A DNA stretch of 41,819 nt from Saprolegnia diclina VS20. Lineage: Eukaryota. Below, piece after piece: positions 9,871 to 22,505 of this stretch (positions are counted from its first letter, which is position 1; each line of letters begins with the position of its first letter). Made by a program: the position numbers and the translations under genes. Under the pieces are notes generated by a model. It was not told the origin of the DNA and did not search any database. It was given only the letters and a program-made list of their open reading frames with translations. The stretch is from assembly GCF_000281045.1 (NCBI RefSeq), contig NW_008246132.1:27283-69101 (forward strand). Direction: 5' to 3'.

Positions 9871-12409
9871 ATGCTGGTGACGTTCGTCGTGGACACGAGC
9901 GCGTCCATGGCGCAGAAGAGCGCGTGTGGCATGTCGCTCCTCGACTTTGCCAAGTCTCTGGTCGAGACGATGGCCAAGAAGCTGCTCGCGCGCAGCCTCA
10001 ACCGCGTCAACTACATGCACTTCATGCTCGTGACCTTCAGCGGCGTCGTCGTCGGCATGGAGCACTCGACCAACCGCGACCTCTTCTACCGCGAGCTCAA
10101 GTACCTCGAGGCGCGCGACTTGAGCGACGTCGGCGGCGCGCTCTCGACGGCCTTCGACTTGATCAACCGCGAGCGCGCCAAGATCTTTTGCGACAACTAC
10201 GGCCTCGGGCGCCTGCCCTTCAACGCGCATATGTCGCACGTCGTGCTCATCACGGACGCCGGCGCGCTCACGACGCTCGACGGCGTGCAGCCCGACCTCG
10301 TCGTGCCGCCCACGAGCCTCTCGGCGCTCGACCTCACGCGCCAGCCCTTTCGCTGGGACCAGGTACCTATCGACGTATCATTCGTTCGCAGCTCATGCGC
10401 GTACGTAGCGCCTCTTTACGTTTGCCGTCCAGCTCTCGGCCGAGTCGCTCACGAGCAAGGCGCCGGCAATCAACCCGCCGTTCTACTCGTCGCTCTGCGA
10501 AGAGACGGGCGGGACGCTGCACCTCTTTACAAACGGCCGCGTGACCAAGCCGATGCTCGAGAAAGAGTGCGCCCTCGCTGCCATCACGCTTGTCCTCATT
10601 GTCTCCTAGGGTCGAGTCGATCATTGCGCGCATGAAGCCCGGCGTGCTCGTCAAGTTTGCGTGCGACGGCTCGGACGGCGAGACGTTCGCGCCGACGAAG
10701 AACGCACTCACGCCCAGCGCGACGCTCGGCCGCGACTACTCGTGGCCGATCCCGGAGGCGTTCTGGGTCGACCGCAACACGACGAGCCTCGGCCTTCGCG
10801 ACGCGCACCCAACGCTCGTCTATAGGCGGTCGGTCGAGTCGCCGACGGACGCTGCGACCAACCAGCTCGTGCTCGACACGCTCAAGTTCCCGACCGACTC
10901 GTATCTGATCGAGTCGACTTTGAACCCGTCGCCGCCACGGGGCGCGCGCTGGCTTGTGTACATGGCCAACTCGAAGGGCGACGGCCGGCTGGGCGAGCCG
11001 TTTGGGTTTCTGCGTACGACGGCCGCGGCCACGCACCTCGTCCTGTTGCCGTACAACTACCCGGTACTCTTTTCGCTGCTCGTGGACGCGGCGCGGCAGC
11101 ACCAGCCGACGACGCCGGCGAATGCGTGGCTCTTTCAGGCGAAGACCATGTCGCCAAGCTGGAAGGACGCGTTCTCGACGTACGTCCTGAGCTGCCCGAG
11201 CTACTACAGCCTCCCGCTGCGCAAGATCCTCAAGCGCTACAACCTCCACGAGCTCGTGCCGGAACTGCCCGAGAACGGACGTTGCTACCAGGTAAACTCA
11301 TTTGCCACATCTGAAGCTCTCATCGGGACTAGGTGACCAACCACCTCACGCGTATGAAGGACGTGGCGATGGTCGAGAGCAGCGAGAAGCCGTCGGCGCG
11401 CCCAACGAGCAGCAGCAACCACGTCTCTCCCCACTCGACGCCGTCGCAGTCGCCGTTCCGGACGACAAAGGAGGTGGTGACGGTCCAAGCGCCGGGCCTC
11501 CTCACGCGGACGCAGCTGCTGCAGGCGCACGCGGCGCAGCGCCGGACGGTGGCTCCGTCGCGGGAGGTGGCGCGGGCGACCGAGTGGACCGGGACCCTCG
11601 CGCGCCTGGCGCCGAGCGCGTCGACCTTGGCCACCAGTGACCACGCCAAGTTTTCGCTGACGGTCGAGGTCATGTCAGACTACATTCCGACGGTGCTCAG
11701 GAACGAGCTGCTCCGCAACCCGTTCTCAGACCCGGAGAAGGACGAGCACACGGTCGAGGGTTCGAAGCGCCGCAAGCTCGAGTTTTCGCTCGGGTCGCCG
11801 TACAAGAAGTCGGCGACCAAGAAGGGCGACGACCTCATCCTGCAAGGCGAAGCCGCCGACGAGGCCGCGGCACTCGGGTCGCCGTCCTCGAGTCACTCGT
11901 CGCGCCGCCAGCGGTCGCGCCAGAAGTACAAGAAGCAATGGAAGACGTCGGGGAAGAGCAGCCCGACGCACCCGTCGCCCACGTCTCCGGAGACGGCGCT
12001 GCTCAGCGTCCCGCTGTCCGTGACGGGCGAGGACGCGCAAAAGGTCATGGCCGCGACCGCGACGCGTCTCGGTGTGACGACCAACGACGACGACGACGAC
12101 GAGAAGCTCCTGAGTCGGCGCGTGTACCACATCATCATTGAGAACAGCAGCGTCTGGAAGGGCGTCGCTGTCCGCATTCGCAGCCGGTCGTTTCAGACCA
12201 AGGTACCACATATCGTCTTGCTTGCGTTCTGAGTTGAAGCGGTGTAGGACACGGCCACGGTGCTCAAGGACCTCGGCGAGATCAAGGGCGACAAGGCCGT
12301 CCGGCTCGGCTACCTCCACCTCGCGACGGGACTCGCCAAGGCCTTTAAGCGGTCGCTCCTCGTCAAGATGCTCGCCAAGACGGAGGCGTCGCTGCTCCAG
12401 GAAGTGTAA
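9871..12409 (+). CDS. INTS6: Integrator complex subunit 6 (VWA domain plus INTS6 C-terminal domain)
   Basis: MLVTFVVDTSASM (MIDAS), DNYGLGRLPF, LTRQPFRWDQ/RLF, WPIPEAFW, PFGFL...LVLLPYNYPVLFSLL and a C-terminal LAKAFKRSLLVKML helix match INTS6 signature blocks. Predicted introns 10363-10408, 10567-10609, 11292-11332 and 12203-12247 restore the frame. Confidence 0.92.
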
Positions 12410-12966
12410 TCAGTACAAACATCAACAGTCTCTGTTTTGTAGCAAAGCCGACGACGTCGTCGCTCGACAGTCTGCAGACAGCGCTGGTCGAGCGATGCGA
12501 CGATCAAGGGCCCCTGGACGAGGAGCACTCCAAAGATGTGGGCTCGGGTGCTCGACTCGACGTCTCGGGAGCGCGCGATGCCGCTCCAGGCGGCGGTCAC
12601 GAGCGCCTTGTCGGTCGTGACGCAAGTAGACGCCATGTCGATCGCCCTTGGTAGCTTTTGGCGCCACATGAGCATGTAGGGAAGCAGAGGTTAGGGTTGG
12701 GGTAGGGTGCGACACGCGCGCCCATAAGTCGACGTTGGCGACGTGCTGTGCGTCGGCGTCCGTGGGACCGACAAGCCGAGCCGTCCAGGGCCATCGGCAA
12801 ATCGTCTTCTGCTCGCTCCAGCACGCGCCCATCACAACCACTTGGACAACCGCTGCACACGGTCAAAATACACTGGCTTGGATTGGTTTCCATACAGTGG
12901 ATTGGGTTCCAGACAGTGCATGCCTCCAAATCGACAACACAGCATTCATTACGACGACAACAGTGC

Positions 12967-15900
12967 TCACTCGTTGTCGCTCATCGACGCGTCGTCGTCA
13001 TCGTCGCCCATCGACGCGTTCTCGTCACCGTCGTCCGTGGCTTCCATCTTGACGGGCGTCTTCTTCTCTTCCGCGTCTTTGGTCTCTTCCTCCTCGTCTT
13101 CCTCGTCATCCTCAATCTCAATCGCAGACGAGTCGTCCTCAATCTCAATGGCCGACGCCTCGTCGCTCGAAATCGACGCTTTGAGTTTGGCCGCGGCGGC
13201 GCTCTTGGACTGACGCGCCGTCGTCGCCCGCGTCGGCGCCGCACTCGCCTTGGTGCGCGTTTTGCGCGACTTGCGGCTCTCGCCGTCGCTCTCGTCGCTC
13301 TCGATCGCGTCGCTCCCGAGCTCCTCCTCTTCCGTGCTATCAGATATCATGTCAGAACGTAGCCGCAAGCAGCCGGCGACGTACACGCTGTCGTTGGCCT
13401 CGCGCTTGGGCGCCGCGCGGTACTGCATGCCGCGCTTGTACACGCCCTTGCTCAGCACGTCCTTGCGCGTCCCGACGGCGTTGACCATCTACAGGCATTG
13501 ACTGAACCTCAGCACACCCGTCCTGCAATACCCAAGTTTGAATCGCATCCGTGAGCTCGCACTTGAACGACTCGCCAAACGCGGCAGCCATCTTGGCCTT
13601 GAGCTTTGCATTCTCGGGCACGAGCGTGCACACTTCATCGAGCAAGATGTAGAGCAGCACGTCGTCGGTCGGCGGCGCGTCATCGGTCGGCGGCGCGTCA
13701 TCGGTCGGCGGTGCGTCATGCGCAGAGACACCTGCTTCGACCTTGACGTCGTCTCGTTTGCGGCTACGTGCGATCGGCGCGTCGTCGTCGTCTTCGGTCT
13801 CGTCGTCGTTGGCTGGCGCGTCGACCGACCACTCGAGGTTCTGGAGCAGCGTCCACCACTGGTGCAGGAACTGCTTCTTGGACGCGCGCGCAATCACGTT
13901 GGTGACTTCGTGCAACGCGAGCATCTCGACGCAGACCCAGATCGCCACCTTGTTGTGGTGGTTGATGTCGCAGGAGCCGTCCCGCCGCGGGTGCTGCAAG
14001 AGCTGCAACAGGTACGGCGCCGCCTCGGCAAACGGCACCGACGACACGCCATAGAGCGCGCGCGACAGCACGTGGTGGCTCGCGCTGCTGATGAGAGCGC
14101 AGTCGGCCGCGTGGTAAAACACTGTGAGCATCTGCAGCGTCTCGGAGCAAAAGCCGTGCTCGTCCGAGATGACCATTTCCTTGAGGAACGGGTGGAAGTA
14201 GAGCTCCAAGAGGTGTTGCAGCGTCTACAGATCGCGTTCAGTGGAACTTGCAAGTGAAAGAGGAGCACCTCGAGGTCCTGGATGCGGCCGAGCAGGAAGA
14301 GCTTGATGAAGCCGCGGACCACGAGCGTCTGCGTCGGCAGGTCCCACTCGTCGAGCTCGCGCTGGTCGACGCAAAAGTAGGTTGCGAGGCCGTCGAGGAT
14401 CACGCGCGACGTGACAACCTCGTCGTCCTCGACCACCGGAAGCACTTCAAACTGCTTGAACGCTGTGAAAAAGTCGAGGAGAACCTGCACGCATACAGAG
14501 AGTGAGTGAGAGTGAGGGCGAGTGAGAGTCGTACTTGGATGCACACGTGCTTCGAGTCGCCGTCTTCGTCGTCGGCGTTGAGGACACGCCAAAACACAAT
14601 CGCGTGCTTGGCCGCCATGTGCTACAAAGTGTCAATGTATCAACTTGATATGTCGATGGCGTACGCGGTCGAGGAGGCAGTAGAGCCCGAGGCCTTCGAG
14701 GCCTTTCTCTCGGAGCGCGGGGATGTCGCTGTCGATCGCGGGCAGAATCATGTGCAGGACGCCGGCGATCGTCGCGTTGCGCAGGTTCTATATCCAAACT
14801 TCGTCAGTCGGCCCGAGAACGACAAGTACCTGGCGCGTAAACTGGAGGAGCTTGGCCGCGAGCTCGAGGCAGCGCAGCCACTGCAGCGTCTTGGGCTCTT
14901 CGAGCTGCTTCTCGAGGGCGAGCGCTTCGGCCGAGAGGGCGTCGTACGCCTGTGGCGAGAGCGACTCGTCTTCGAGCTGCGCGTCGACAGCGTCGAGGCG
15001 CTCCGTGAGCTCGGTCCGCGTCTCGAGGCTCATCGAGTCCATCTCTTGCATTTGGTCGTAGAGGTCGCTCGTGATCTCCGTCATGTACTGGACAAACTCA
15101 AACTCGGTCGACCGGCAGATCATCGCGAGCAGCATGACTGCGTCATGGAGCCACTTGGACTCGAACGCGATCGACTGGAAGAACGTTCGGAGAAGGTGGA
15201 TGAGCTGGCGGCGCCCGACCTCGTCCTGAAAGTCCAGTGCGACGCCCAGCTGCAGCACGTACTGCCCGACGACGAGCACTTGGTCCTTCTCGGCCTCGTC
15301 GACGGCGTCGGCGAGCTACGTTGGCGGTTGAAACCTTGATACAAAACAAAATATATACCGAGGTGTGGAGGTGCCGGAGCAGATCGCAGTACGACGAGAT
15401 AGTCGGCAAAAGCAGCTCGAGCATCTCGTCGTGCTTGATACTTTGATAGTACTGACATTGCTCCTTCCAGAAGAAGGCGTCGGCGACGCTAAGGGCACTC
15501 CCAAAGAGCGCCTTGTCCTTGATATTGGGCGTCGAGAGGTCGGTCGCGTGTGTCTTGAGGAGCCATCGACAGAGCGACGAGCACACGGCCGGCGCCTTCT
15601 CGATCGTGAGCTGCGACAAGAGCTATTCGAGCGCGATGAGGCACGGCAGCAAAATAACGCTGCTCTACCTCGACGGGCGACCCGTTCACGCGGCGCAGCC
15701 ACGCGAGCACCATGTCCTGGCACGCCGAGACGACGCTCTCGTCGCGGTCGTTCATGCCCTGGTCCAGCATGTGCACGCGGTCCGACGGTGACAGGATCGC
15801 AGCCGTGTCGACCTACCCATTGATGTCACTAGGAGAAGGCCAAGCAGCGCTCTCAGTTACCGTGGCGAGCACCTTGAAGACGGTCGCGCGGACGTCGGGC

Positions 15901-16633
15901 GAGACGTCGCGGACGCGGATCAAGAGGTCGCCGATCGACGTATTGAGCACGGCGACCTTCTCCGTGGCGGCAACACGGACCTCCCTTCGCGCCAATGTAA
16001 GGCCAGGACGTACGGAGACATGCGTACTTGCTCGGGTCGGTCACGGCGAGGCGCAGCACGGCGGTAGAGATCGCTTCGACGTCGTCGACGGAGAGCGTTT
16101 GGAGCAGCTGCAAGGCGACGACGCTCGCGGCGCGGATGGTAGGGAACTTGTCTTTCGCGCGCTGCAGTATGATCTTGGCCACGTCCTCCCAGAGTTCGTC
16201 GCTACATCCCATCGCATGAGGCCATGGAGTGGGTCAATGGCACGTACGAGATGTCGGTAGCGTGGCCGAGCAAATGGCCCGTGAGCTGCGTGCAGTGGAA
16301 GCGGACGTTGCGGTCCTCGGCCTCGCAGCCGCGCAGCGCAAAGCGCACGAAGCGCGCAAAGTCGCCCGGCGCGTAGCTCACGGCGCTGACAATGCGAAGG
16401 AGGCGCTCAATGTCCTGGCTCGACCGGCCGCGGCCGTCGTGCTTGAGAGGCCCGACGAGCGCCAGTTGCAGCGCGTGGAGGTAGCAATTGGCGTCGCCAT
16501 CGTACAGCGCCTGGAGGCTCTGGAGGTTCTTGGACATGTGGAAGCCCGCGTCGTGCTCAGACACGTCGTCCACGACCGCGCCAAGGACCTCGTGCAGGTC
16601 GGCCCGCAGCACATCGCCGTCCGCTCCTGCCAT
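12967..16633 (-). CDS. NCAPG: Condensin complex subunit 3 (CAP-G/Ycg1), multi-exon
   Basis: HEAT-repeat motifs EAEDRNVRFHCTQL, RAKDKFPTIRAASVVAL, DPSK/EVRVAA, RVRDVSPDVRATVFKVL, GMNDRDESVVSAC and LDFQDEVGRRQL, plus an acidic low-complexity C-terminal tail. Split into many ORFs by short introns; internal exon borders not fully resolved. Confidence 0.85.
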
Positions 16634-16979
16634 GCTGCCGTTGCTTTTTTGAATTAAAAAAAAACAGCCGCCGACATGTTTAAAACAGTCGAAAGCAACA
16701 CCAAGTTCTTGGTCCAGTCGGTCGGCGCCGATGGCGACGAGTACGATGATGCAAGGCCGCAGCTCAACAATGTCCTAGCTGGAATAATCAATTAGTTAGT
16801 AGTCGGAGGGCGGCGCTGACGCGCCTATGCAGGCACTGAATCCGCGCCAGCTTGGCGCCAAGAATTCGGCAAGATACACGGAAAGGTATCGGCGTCAACT
16901 TCAAGTGGTCTTCCCCAACGGAACAACATAGTGCACTATAGTCGACTAGAATATACATGAAGGACTAGTATTGGCGACC

Positions 16980-17917
16980 CTAGTCGCGCGTCTCGCGGTA
17001 GCTGGACGCCATCGACAAGGTGCGCACGGCCACGGTTTGCGGGGCATCGAGCAGGCGGCGCACAGCCTCCTTGCGCTGGCGGCGGATCTTTTGCCGTCGG
17101 CCAGACGAGATCGCGGAGAAGGTGAGAAGCGTCCAGAGGACGGCCAAGGCCGCGAGGTAGAAGCTTACGCCAAAGCCCCAGCAGCTCCAGTGGCGCCAGG
17201 TAGCGCAGGCCACGAGGTTTTGGTTGACGACCTCAATGTCGGTGATGCTGGGCTTGAGCTGGAGGCTCCAAAGCATCAGCACGCAGAGCTGCAAGAAGCC
17301 TAGTGAATCCATGACGCAACAACTCCTCAAGCTATAAATGACCGTTGGCCATCGTGGTGAGGCCCGCAACTGTCTCGGCCGCCGTCCACTCGAGAGTGTG
17401 GAGCGTGCGCAAGTTGAACGTCAGCGCCACGAGGTTTAACGCGAGCTACCATTAGCTAGTTGGCACGGAGAGCGCAGAAGGACGTACCGTCAACAGATGC
17501 AGAACGTGCGTCAAACTCCAGGTCGCGTCGCAGAGCTTGCTTTGGTAGTCGCGCAGCGTGCCGTACATCCAGTTGGGCGCGTTAAAGTCGCTGGCACTAC
17601 TCGTGTCACTCGTACAGTGGCGAGGAGCAGTCGCTTACCAAAGGGCGCCGTAGCTAACATACGTGGAAGAGGCCAGGAACGGCGTTGTGAGCTGCGATGC
17701 GTGCTCGACAGTCGAGTAAAACCCAAAGAGGCCAAAGCCCTGGATGACGTGGACGTTGTTGGGCGCGTCGAACGACTGCGTCAGCCAGAACGGATGCAGC
17801 GTCGCAGCAAAGAGGCAGCCGAGGCTGAGCAGAGACAAGGTCGCCGCTAGAGAAGAGAGCAGTGAGAGGCTCGTCCGCGAAGAGCGATGTGAGCGCACCG
17901 GTGGCTTGGCTTCGCAT
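16980..17917 (-). CDS. Claudin/PMP22-superfamily-like four-TM membrane protein
   Basis: Manual splice model: MRSQAT/AATLSLLSLGCLFAATLHPFW...GFGLFGFY...LC...LCDATW...; TM2 and TM3; then WGFGVSFYLAALAVLW. This gives the W...GL(W/F)...C...C loop-1 pattern and a G-x-S-F-x-L TM4 start. First intron 17847-17898; three further short GT-AG introns inferred. Confidence 0.6.
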
Positions 17918-17963
17918 CGACTGCGTCAGGATCAAAGGATGTTGGACGATCGATCGCCTGTCC

Positions 17964-18350
17964 NNNNNNNNNNNNNNNNNNNNNNNNNNNNNNNNNNNNN
18001 NNNNNNNNNNNNNNNNNNNNNNNNNNNNNNNNNNNNNNNNNNNNNNNNNNNNNNNNNNNNNNNNNNNNNNNNNNNNNNNNNNNNNNNNNNNNNNNNNNNN
18101 NNNNNNNNNNNNNNNNNNNNNNNNNNNNNNNNNNNNNNNNNNNNNNNNNNNNNNNNNNNNNNNNNNNNNNNNNNNNNNNNNNNNNNNNNNNNNNNNNNNN
18201 NNNNNNNNNNNNNNNNNNNNNNNNNNNNNNNNNNNNNNNNNNNNNNNNNNNNNNNNNNNNNNNNNNNNNNNNNNNNNNNNNNNNNNNNNNNNNNNNNNNN
18301 NNNNNNNNNNNNNNNNNNNNNNNNNNNNNNNNNNNNNNNNNNNNNNNNNN
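17964..18350. other. Assembly gap (387 N)
   Basis: Run of N. Confidence 1.
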
Positions 18351-18886
18351 CTGTCCTTCGATCAGTTTGCACCAATTAAAGCGTATGCATGCGACCTCAC
18401 GTGTACCTGGAGTAGGCGACCGTCATGATTCCTTGTCTACGATTGTGCACAGCTTCTGGCGTCATCGCGCAGTCGCCATGGTTTTACTACCCCATGCCAA
18501 TGTCATATCACCCAATGACCTCGATCAAGTATACTGCTTGGGGACAGCACACCCGGTTGCATGTGACAGCCACCGTTGGCCGCTCAGTGGTCAAAGCTTA
18601 TAGGTGTCCAGCAGCTTCCATCTGCGGCCGCGATCCCTACGTCAATGGTCTGTGCTTCTTGAATACAATGGTGAGATTAGCAACATGTGCTGGGTGACGC
18701 GCTGGCGAAAGCAGCGCTTACTTGTTGAAGTCGGCATACAAAAACCAAGTGTCGAAGACAAATTTTGGCGCGCGTGGGTATTCTGTGGCACTGGCATACA
18801 AACACCAAGATAATACAAAAAGGCAAGCGGCAACCAGCGACGCCGAAGGCTACGCGGTCAAATCTCATTTTGCTCGCAAGACCCGA

Positions 18887-19309
18887 ATGCACCCGAGCAA
18901 CAGTAAGAGCAACACCCACCCTGTACCGCCGCCCCACCCGTTTGGGTCGCCACACCCGGCCGCCGCACCAGCGAGTGCGAGTCCGTTTGCTGGCAACACC
19001 AAGTGCCGGTATGCGTACAAAGACTGCCAGAACGTCCGGTCGTCCAAGCAGAACGGCGAGCTCCACACGCTCTGCGAGTTTCACCGGTCCAAAGCCAACA
19101 CGATCCAGAAGCTCTATGCGCGCAAGAAGCGCCATCTGCGGCGAACGCTCAAGGCCGCAGGCATCACGCCGCCGCCGCCGCGGCCCCGCGCCCGCCGCGT
19201 GGACCCGATCCCGTACCACAACGACTCGGACAGTACCGGCGACGACGGCACGTCCAACAACGGGTCGCTGACCGAAGACGACGTTGCGATTCTGAGAGAG
19301 CTCATCTGA
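18887..19309 (+). CDS. Small protein with a C-x-Y-x2-K-x-C...H-x-L-C-x2-H putative zinc-binding domain followed by a basic helix (copy 1)
   Basis: KCRYAYKDCQNVRSSKQNGELHTLCEFHRSKANTIQKLYARKKR. ATG 18887 follows Inr-like CTCATTTTGC at ~18864-18873. Paralog at 20269. Confidence 0.8.
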   Translation: MHPSNSKSNTHPVPPPHPFGSPHPAAAPASASPFAGNTKCRYAYKDCQNVRSSKQNGELHTLCEFHRSKANTIQKLYARKKRHLRRTLKAAGITPPPPRPRARRVDPIPYHNDSDSTGDDGTSNNGSLTEDDVAILRELI

Positions 19310-20240
19310 GAGCCGTCCTGCATACACCCTGTATATATCTAGGCGCGCTGTCGTTGGGTCAAGGCAGTGTATGTCGTAAATCTTCCTTATTTAATCCACA
19401 ACGTCCAGCGATGTACGATATGCTAACGACAATGTCTTCTTGGATTCGAGTTCGTCGTCTTATTCCTGGTCTTTGGATGCTGGATGAGCTTGATGAGCAT
19501 CAATCGGCTAGGGGTAGCGCTGCACCGGTCCAATGCATGTAACTGTAGATGACCAGTCTCAATAATCTCTTCGACGTTTGCTCAAACACCAATGCTCCAT
19601 CACTCACTGCATCTTCTAGTATCGCTCGAGTCCACCCAAGGGGGTGTATAATAACCAGCGTCAATGAATCCTCCGCGTCCGACGACGGGACAGTAGAAAG
19701 ACGACCTTCAAGAATGGAGTTTCCAGGCGACCATAGGTGCAAATATGTGGCTTCTACCGCGCCCAGTCTGCGATGGTCCAGCAAGCATTCCATAGAGGAG
19801 TAAGCACAGCATTGCCATGTCCAAATGAGCGACTACGATCTGGCGACGGCCACTCCACGCGAGAGAAATATAGAGCGCAGCGAGGGAGCCACATGGCGCG
19901 ACAGGTCCGACCTTGCTTCCGTGCCATGTATCAACACGGTGCGTGCATGCCTCTTACGTGTCAGCCTCGCACGCTTGGGATTTTGAGTTTGAGATTTGCG
20001 TTCGTGTCGCACGCACATCCCATACGGTGTCCCATATCAACACAACGCAATGAATTGTAGTGATCGGGGCCGTACGTTCATTCCGTGTCGTCGTACACTG
20101 CATACAACGAGCCAGTATCAGCAGACGTACGTTGTACGTGCACCGTACGTACACCTGAATTTGCCCTTTGTATCCGGATGACGAGCGAAATTTCATTTTG
20201 AAATTCATGCAAGAGCGGAACGCGGGCACGGTCCGACATG

Positions 20241-20256
20241 CCACTTTGGAATTTGC
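20241..20256 (+). promoter_or_regulatory. Oomycete Inr+FPR core promoter element
   Basis: CCACTTTGGAATTTGC, 12 bp upstream of ATG 20269; fits the YCAYTYY...AWTTTNC pattern. Confidence 0.7.
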
Positions 20257-20268
20257 CTAACTCGACCC

Positions 20269-20658
20269 ATGTCTGCGACGACGACCTGCCGCTACTCGTA
20301 CAAGGAGTGCCCGCACCCGCGCTCGACCAAGAAGGACGGGTCGCCCCACGCGCTCTGCGAGTTCCACCGCAAGAAGGCGAATGCGATTCAGCGCACGTAT
20401 GCGTCGCGGCGCCGGCGCGAGATCCGCGCGTTCAAGCAGCGCCAGAACGCCGAGCTCGCGGAGCTTGTGGCGCTCGACCCGATCCCGTACTCGCCCAACG
20501 CCGACGTGACCATGGATGACGTTGACCTTGCGGTCCTCGATGCGTTCGTGTTTGAGGACCCGATCAACATTGACGCGTGGCTCGACGAGCGCAACTTCGA
20601 GTCGTTCAGCGATACGCTCACGTGCGAAGACATTGACTCGATGTGGTCCTTCCTGTGA
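20269..20658 (+). CDS. Small putative zinc-finger/basic-helix protein (copy 2) with acidic C-terminus
   Basis: TCRYSYKECPHPRSTKKDGSPHALCEFHRKKANAIQRTYASRRRR; shares DPIPY and an acidic DD..L motif with copy 1. Confidence 0.85.
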   Translation: MSATTTCRYSYKECPHPRSTKKDGSPHALCEFHRKKANAIQRTYASRRRREIRAFKQRQNAELAELVALDPIPYSPNADVTMDDVDLAVLDAFVFEDPINIDAWLDERNFESFSDTLTCEDIDSMWSFL

Positions 20659-22505
20659 TCGAAACCCTGCTCCGACCCTTTTTGTAATTGCTTGTTTAAC
20701 GTCTTGAGTTTGCTTTTTGATCCGCGTCGCTTGCAAAGGGGTGGCGTTCGTGCGGTCCCGCCACCCATCATCTAGGAGGCTACAACCGCCGCGAAACCAA
20801 CAGGTGCGACACCTGCGAGGCCATATCCATGCATGGCTAGTTCCGTCGTCATCTTGCTTGCATGTGTATTGGCGTTGCATTGGTCCGAGCAATCAGCGCG
20901 AAACGGGAGGCGAATCATGTATTTCCCGATTCATACATAGTTGAAATGTCGAATAAAGAGACACAAAACGCCATGCACCAAAGTGTCGTCAAGCGAGGGA
21001 CTGTCAAGCGTGCGCGTTTTATGCTACGTGCACCCACCACTCGTCGACACCGTTCGCTGCGCAGTTCCCCTGCCAAGGTTCTTTGGCGCATCGATACCGG
21101 CTTGTCGTCTGGAACGTTCGTTGGCGGACTGGAGCACTTCGAGAGGCGCTGCGTGCGAAATGATATGGTCGTCTCGTACAGTACCTGGTACTCTAACAAG
21201 GTCTCGAGAGCCATCCAAACGACACCTTTGTAAACATCAACGACGACTTGGTGTGCTTCCATTCCGACGTTTATGTACCTGGCGGGTATTATGCAACCAA
21301 CAAGATCAGGAAGTGAACGTGACCTTAACGTTCGTAGCCGAGAAACAAGCAAGCCAAGAGTCAACCCGAGCTCGTAGTTTCTGCCAAAAAGATTCGGTGG
21401 ACGCCGTGCGCTTGATCTTGATCCGAATCCGAATCCGGCGCAAGGGTCCCAAGGGCCAGTGGCGTTGCGCAAGGGAAATTGTGTTAGTGCTCCGTACTCT
21501 GACGCGAAAAGGCTTTTGCAAGCGACGCAGCGAGCACCAAGCAAACGTGGGCGTACGACAGTCGTCGCAAATGAACGAGGCGTCCACGCATAGGTCACTC
21601 AGGAGACTACGTCGTGGGATCGTCACAGGTAAATTGCTACAAGCGAAGTGGGCTTGCAGGTGCAATGCTGATGGCAGTATTAGCTCGAGCACTCGTGCGG
21701 CGCTTTGTCAAGAAATCTTGCGGATGCCATTGCCGCGTGAGCTCATACTTATCGCTGAGCGTCGCCTCTCGACATGTTGAGTACGTCGTGCTGGTGATCT
21801 ACCGACTGATGTACTCGTTAGCAAATTGCACTCTGACTCGTGCTCACGAACATCTATACACGAGAACGAGAAATGCAGCGGTAAGTTTGAATCCAAGAGA
21901 AATCTGCTTCTGGTTCCAACTGGAAAGGACAATCCACCTTGGTAGATCTATTTCAAAGGCGAACAGAAACAACGTCCATTGGCACAAGGGCCATCGTATC
22001 CGGATGCCAAGAAATAAATCAACTTGCCAATCCGGCGCGCGATCCATAAATTGTCTTATAAAGTACCTAGATGACGTGGGCGCACCGACGGTTGGGTTGG
22101 CTCGAGCGGCTCTTCTCCAGCACTCAGGTGCCCCCACCATATACCACGGCGTCTCTACGTAGAAAGCTCGAGAAAGACGTGTCTGCGCACTGCTGCGGGA
22201 CGCTATTAGGTCATTCCGCACCTTGCACCTCGACTTGAACGTACAAACGTAGTACTATTTCGACCTCTCCAACGCCGCGTCATCGGCATACCCACTGCCA
22301 ACTATATCCATGGCTCTGCACAAGGGTCCTAAGCTTGAGCTGCATAGGATTTTGCTTTGCAACTACAACCCCTCGCAAAATACGTCGTGACAGGATACGT
22401 CCATGGTACCACCATCCGAAGTACTTTTCAGGGCAATTTACGACGAATATCCGGATGATGGGTGCGGGCGCCCGATCGCTTGTCATTTCTCATTTTGATC
22501 TTCCG

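Noticed and set aside
13538..16657. Long plus-strand ORFs over CAP-G (and similar ones opposite the kinases and Cys-rich genes)
   Set aside because: Antisense shadow ORFs expected from high GC3 codon usage; the opposite strand carries recognisable proteins.
17958..18356. CTGTCC on both sides of the N gap as a target-site duplication
   Set aside because: Six bases at contig ends; may be coincidence or an assembly artefact and cannot be evaluated.
19700..19890. Possible third degenerate zinc-finger copy (RCKY... and CPNERL...GDGH in different frames)
   Set aside because: Spacing does not fit and the diagnostic LCEFHR..KAN is absent; likely chance.
20860..22330. Overlapping 120-280 aa ORFs on both strands
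   Set aside because: No coding codon bias, no ATG context and no recognisable motif; possibly decayed sequence but unsupported.
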